From NCBI GenBank assembly GCA_048128005.1, contig JBEUKZ010000069.1, positions 62,001 to 126,000 of the forward strand: a stretch of DNA of 64,000 bases, given 5' to 3'. Source of the stretch: Veleropilina oligotropha (taxonomy: Eukaryota). The translations under genes were made by a program, and so were the position numbers. A model generated the notes under the pieces. That model saw nothing but the letters and a program-made list of their open reading frames with translations. It was not told the origin of the DNA and did not search any database. Below are positions 59,535-64,000 of the stretch, piece by piece; position 1 is the stretch's first letter, and each line of letters starts with the position of its first letter.

Positions 59535-59880
59535 TTACCCTCGCCTCCGGAGGAGAGGCGATGGTATTGCAGTCGGTTCCGTATGTATGTATGCATGTAT
59601 GTTCATTCGCATAACTCGAAAACCATAGATCCGATTTGCTTGAAATGTTAACACAAGACAAGGTGTTTCCGTGGCTCGGTTCTCATCGAAGATACTCTGG
59701 ATTGGCATACGGCTTCTGATTTTATGACGCAATATCCGGTTTATGAATTTTCGGATGTAGAGTTTTAAAGCTTCGTCGTACAAACTTCAAATTAGACTCA
59801 AAATGTTCTTTAGATTACGGAAAATGACATCATGAATTATATAGAATCTGCATCACCCACGACGGCCGCCAGGGGGATTG
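59535..59880. mobile_element. HINE/Helitron-like non-autonomous repeat fragment
   Basis: Hairpin TCGCCTC...GAGGCGA followed by a GTAT microsatellite and CATAACTCGAAAA...CCGATTTGCTTGAAA. Confidence 0.45.
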
Positions 59881-62425
59881 TAAACTTTAAGAATTGGGCG
59901 TCAATTTTCAATTTCGGCAAATCGAATTAAATTGGAAAAATTCGTTATGCCAATCGTAGTTCTGATGAAATTATATTGACATCAGCAACAAATATTTCGA
60001 AAATAATGTGAAATGTGAACTTTATAAGCATTTTCGAAATCAACCAAATCAAAATGCAACAAAGGGCCGTAAATCGGTAACCACCGACTCCAGCTACCTC
60101 AAATTTTAACAAGTGACATAGTGTTCTTCTCGATATAATTTGTGTGTTCGAGCGAAATTATAGCAATAATTTGTGTTCAGAAGTTAAAATCGTCGAGACG
60201 ATGCGATATGTTTGATTGATCATTACATACTGCAAACGCCGTGAAATAATTTACACCATTAAGGATGGTTACCGTAATCTACCTTTTTTTTTTAAATTTC
60301 AGGTATAACAATTGCGTTATTTCGAGTTAAGTATTGTCAGCTTCGGCAACATTTGCAATACAAAAATCGAACACTTGGTATGAAACCTATTTAATAGGCT
60401 ACAATCGCAGCTATATTTAGACATGTACGAATAGCGAAAATAGCGAAATCTTGAGGTCTGAGGTTCAAATCCCGTTACCTCCATTTTTTTAAATTTATAT
60501 TTACTTAAGTTTTATTATTACTACCTGAATTTTGTTATGATTTGTCATCACATTTTTATGATTGTAATTCAAGTTCAGAAATATTTAATTCTGACTTTCG
60601 CCGTCGTCTTATTTAGCCCGGGTGATGGTTTGCAATATCCTCTGATTGCCCTTGTTGTTATATGGAAATGTGTTGGCATAAATTAGGCCAAACAAAAACT
60701 CACATATTAGTCAACAACGCGACTAGACGCGTATGATAGCAGTGCATCATCAACGCATCCAACATTTTCAATAGAGTGACCAACACCCTATTTACACAGG
60801 TAAAGGGATGTTGAAATATACAAAGATGTGATATAATTGAGTGAGTAAAATAGCGGAATAATGGATGAAGAAAAACGTTTTATTCACGACAACGTTTACA
60901 TTTACTGGATTATATGATGAAGAGGTATTAATTGAAATGTACAATACATTTGTAAATAACAACTAGATCGCTATTCGAGGGCATTACTAGCTACTAAATG
61001 AAATTTGTAATTTACAATAAAATATCGACATACCTTACAACTAAATATAAAGGCAAACACAGATCATAATAAAACAGTACATACAGATATACTACATACA
61101 GATAAACAATAAAAGATACGTGTTTAATAAAAGGAAATGCTTTCATTAGCACATGCAATAATTTGGAGGTAAATATACAATGTTACTTGCACTATACGGC
61201 ACACACCTGTACATAAACAAGTTTTAATAATTGGACACCCATGCGCATATACACATAATAAACCAGCACACACTAATTGTCCTTGAGTGTTTAAAATCAT
61301 ATATAAAGACAGCGAAATTTCACGAAACATACATATCGCAATTGACAAGGACAAACGGAAAAATACAAATAAACCCATCAATAACTAGACGCTCAGTCAC
61401 GAGTGACCGCATATGTATCCCTCGGTAATGACCTGTCTAGAGCGATCACAAGGAATTATGCTTTAAAATCCAAGATGGCGGCCACAGCGGCCATATTGGG
61501 GTCGGACCACACCCAAAATATATAGGTGTGACATAATTTTACCTTAAGTTAAAGTTAATATACAATGTTATTGACACTATATGACACATGTATGTAAATA
61601 AACAATAATTTGACACTCATGTATGCAATTTATCCGCAAAAATAATTTCCATTTAGTGTTTAAAATTCATGAAACATTAAAAAAACATACTGCATAAGAC
61701 ATACACACAGGGTACATCGCAATTGACAACGACACACGGAAAACATAAATAAGTGCAAACTATGACTAATTCACGCGACTGTGTGTTTACAATTCACCCA
61801 AGGTATAGGCAATACAGATATAACAACATAGTAAAATGCATACAATATAGGATACGAAATATGTATAATATTACCTATGGCTGATCAGTCGCATACCGTA
61901 AGAATTGAAACGAAGACAGTATATAAAGTTATCGGACAAAGCCTGCAAACATATTCATAACTTGTTATCCAATCATTGTGATTCAACATTAAAGTTCACA
62001 AATAATTCAATCCACAAATAGACCTAACATATAACTATTAGTAATATAATTTATTTTTGGATATTCGTTTTTGAAGATATACGCTAGATATGATATAATA
62101 TTGCTTTTATAGCGCATGTTAACGTTTTAAACATTTTCTTATACCCATGTTTTATGCTGCTTTTGAACGACAATATAGGATATGATTTTCAATATTAATT
62201 TTGACGTCTGTAACATTGCTGCTCGCATGATTAACAAAAACATATCATATAAGTCACATAGCTCGTCATTTGACAATTTGTGAGCAACCATGTCCTTGGG
62301 AGAACATGTTTGTGTGAAAATGCTCGACTGCACACAAGACACTGGTGTCGCTACTCCCCAGTGTGGGTTAAGAAATGGCGTCTAAGATTACGTGCTAATG
62401 CAAATGACTGATTATACACAGCGCA

Positions 62426-63190
62426 TTAGTGTGGTTTCTCACCAGTATGGATTAGCATGTGCTTCCTAAGAGTATCTGATCGTGGAAATGTCTTATTGCA
62501 CACAACACAATGATGCGGCCTCTCTCCGATATGGGTCAACCTGTGTCTTCTAAGATCACATGCTTGTGAAAACGCATGATTACAAAAAGCGCATTTGTGC
62601 CGTTTCTCTCCCGTATGGGTGAACATGTGCGTTCTCACACGACCTGCATTTGGAAATTTCCGAAAACACATGCCACACTGATATGGTTTTTCGCCAGTGT
62701 GTGTTGTCATGTGATTCTTAAGATCGTTCGCTCGCGAAAATGCTCGATTGCACACAGCACACTGGTGTGGCTTCTCTCCTGTATGGACTAACATATGCAT
62801 CTTAAGACCATGCGAATTTGCAACTGACATGTCACAAACATCACATCGATGTGGACTCTCCTTAGTATGAATTATCATATGGCATTTGAGACTATGTGAA
62901 TGTGAAAATGTCTTATTACACACAACACACCGATGTGGCATTTCTCCTGTATGGATTATCATGTGCTTCTTAAGATTAGCTTTCTGATGACACTTATGGT
63001 CGCAGAGACCACACTGGTATGGTTTTTCACCAGTGTGAATAAGCATGTGCCTATTCAATCTGGACATGATAGTAAATGACTTTTTGCACACGCTGCAGTT
63101 GAATCGGATGTCATGTGTTTTCCTGTGATATTTAGGCTTATTTGCATCAGTGAAGTTTTTGTCGCATACATCGCACTTTTCCGGTTCCAT
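62426..63190 (-). CDS. C2H2 zinc-finger protein (9 fingers), truncated by a premature stop
   Basis: MEPEKCDVCDKNFTDA aligns with the start of the 16261-17094 paralog. A TAA replaces the expected Gln codon, and two more degenerate fingers follow to about 62275. Confidence 0.8.
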   Translation of the reverse strand: MEPEKCDVCDKNFTDANKPKYHRKTHDIRFNCSVCKKSFTIMSRLNRHMLIHTGEKPYQCGLCDHKCHQKANLKKHMIIHTGEMPHRCVVCNKTFSHSHSLKCHMIIHTKESPHRCDVCDMSVANSHGLKMHMLVHTGEKPHQCAVCNRAFSRANDLKNHMTTHTGEKPYQCGMCFRKFPNAGRVRTHMFTHTGEKRHKCAFCNHAFSQACDLRRHRLTHIGERPHHCVVCNKTFPRSDTLRKHMLIHTGEKPH

Positions 63191-64000
63191 TGTGGTATGA
63201 ATTGGAGAAACAATACTAGTAGACCGAGTAAATGAATTGATAATAATTACCGCTTCGTCGCATATAGGAACACTATAATTGCAATCAATGATGCTATCTT
63301 CACATTGCACGATTTGCAGACCACTTATTACAAGCTTTAAGTTATACATAAATGGCATGCAGAATAAGCATTTTTAAATACTGATTAATAAAATATAACT
63401 ATCGTGATTGGAACTAGACACCGGTTTCTTTCACTCTGTAGTCGCAATTTAATGATTCGGTGACATCTGGTGGCCCTATCTCTCTTACGTTGTGCCTAGA
63501 CGCTATTCACTAAACGCAAACACAATATGCGTAATCAAATAGTTCACGAAATCACAACGGAGTTTCAACTAGGCAAAAGCAGTTTTCCCTTTCGCGACAC
63601 GATTCGATTAAACGGAGACACCTGCTGAATTCCTCACTCACTTAGGGTTTGTTCATGCAGCTGCATTGGCCATCAGTTGGACGCATTTGGTAAAAAAACC
63701 TGCAATATAAACATGCCTTCATGCTAAAATCAAATATCAATGTTAAAATCAATAACTACACGAAAAATTGTAACTTTTGAAATATTATACAAACATATAG
63801 TATAAATGACTCTGGATAAAGGGCATATGGGCGTATTTAAGTACGTAAAAATGGGGAACACGCCCACTTTTTACAAATAAGCGTATATTTACGCCCATAT
63901 ATATAAGGAATTGGGTGTACATATCGTATTTTTTTTTACTTAACGTTTTTTAATTTTAATTCATGTATTGTAAAGAGATGCACGAAGTTAGCTAATCCAT

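Noticed and set aside
63191..63358. 56-aa N-terminal extension of the last ZNF ORF
   Set aside because: The homologous region upstream of the 17094 paralog is not open in frame; the shared start is MEPEK/MKPQK.

Overview
Eukaryotic window, probably from an invertebrate animal (AT-rich and repeat-dense; the host cannot be identified from the sequence alone). The main feature is an apparently intact 16,213-bp GC-rich Maverick/Polinton-like endogenous DNA virus (42151-58363). It has 260-bp terminal inverted repeats (5'-AGCAGCAG...CTGCTGCT-3'), a 5-bp target-site duplication (AGGGT), a retroviral-type integrase, an A32-like packaging ATPase, putative major and minor jelly-roll capsid proteins, several membrane proteins and a secreted Cys-rich cargo protein. 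In place of a canonical protein-primed PolB it encodes one 1289-aa protein that I read as HEH-like DNA-binding motif + OTU-like Cys protease + divergent PolB palm (no recognisable exonuclease) + Pif1/RecD-type SF1 helicase + HNH/EndoVII-like nuclease. I could not find an adenain-type maturation protease. The element lies within a cluster of four paralogous C2H2 zinc-finger genes, one intact and three damaged. The window also holds a decayed DIRS1-type tyrosine-recombinase retrotransposon with intact ITR/ICR ends (about 3116-9934), a spliced P2RX7-C-terminal-like pseudogene (Kolobok-type remnant) with an inverted second copy, a 181-bp satellite, Helentron/HINE-like modular repeats, MITEs, palindromes and microsatellites. 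All domain calls come from reading motifs by eye; no database searches were run.
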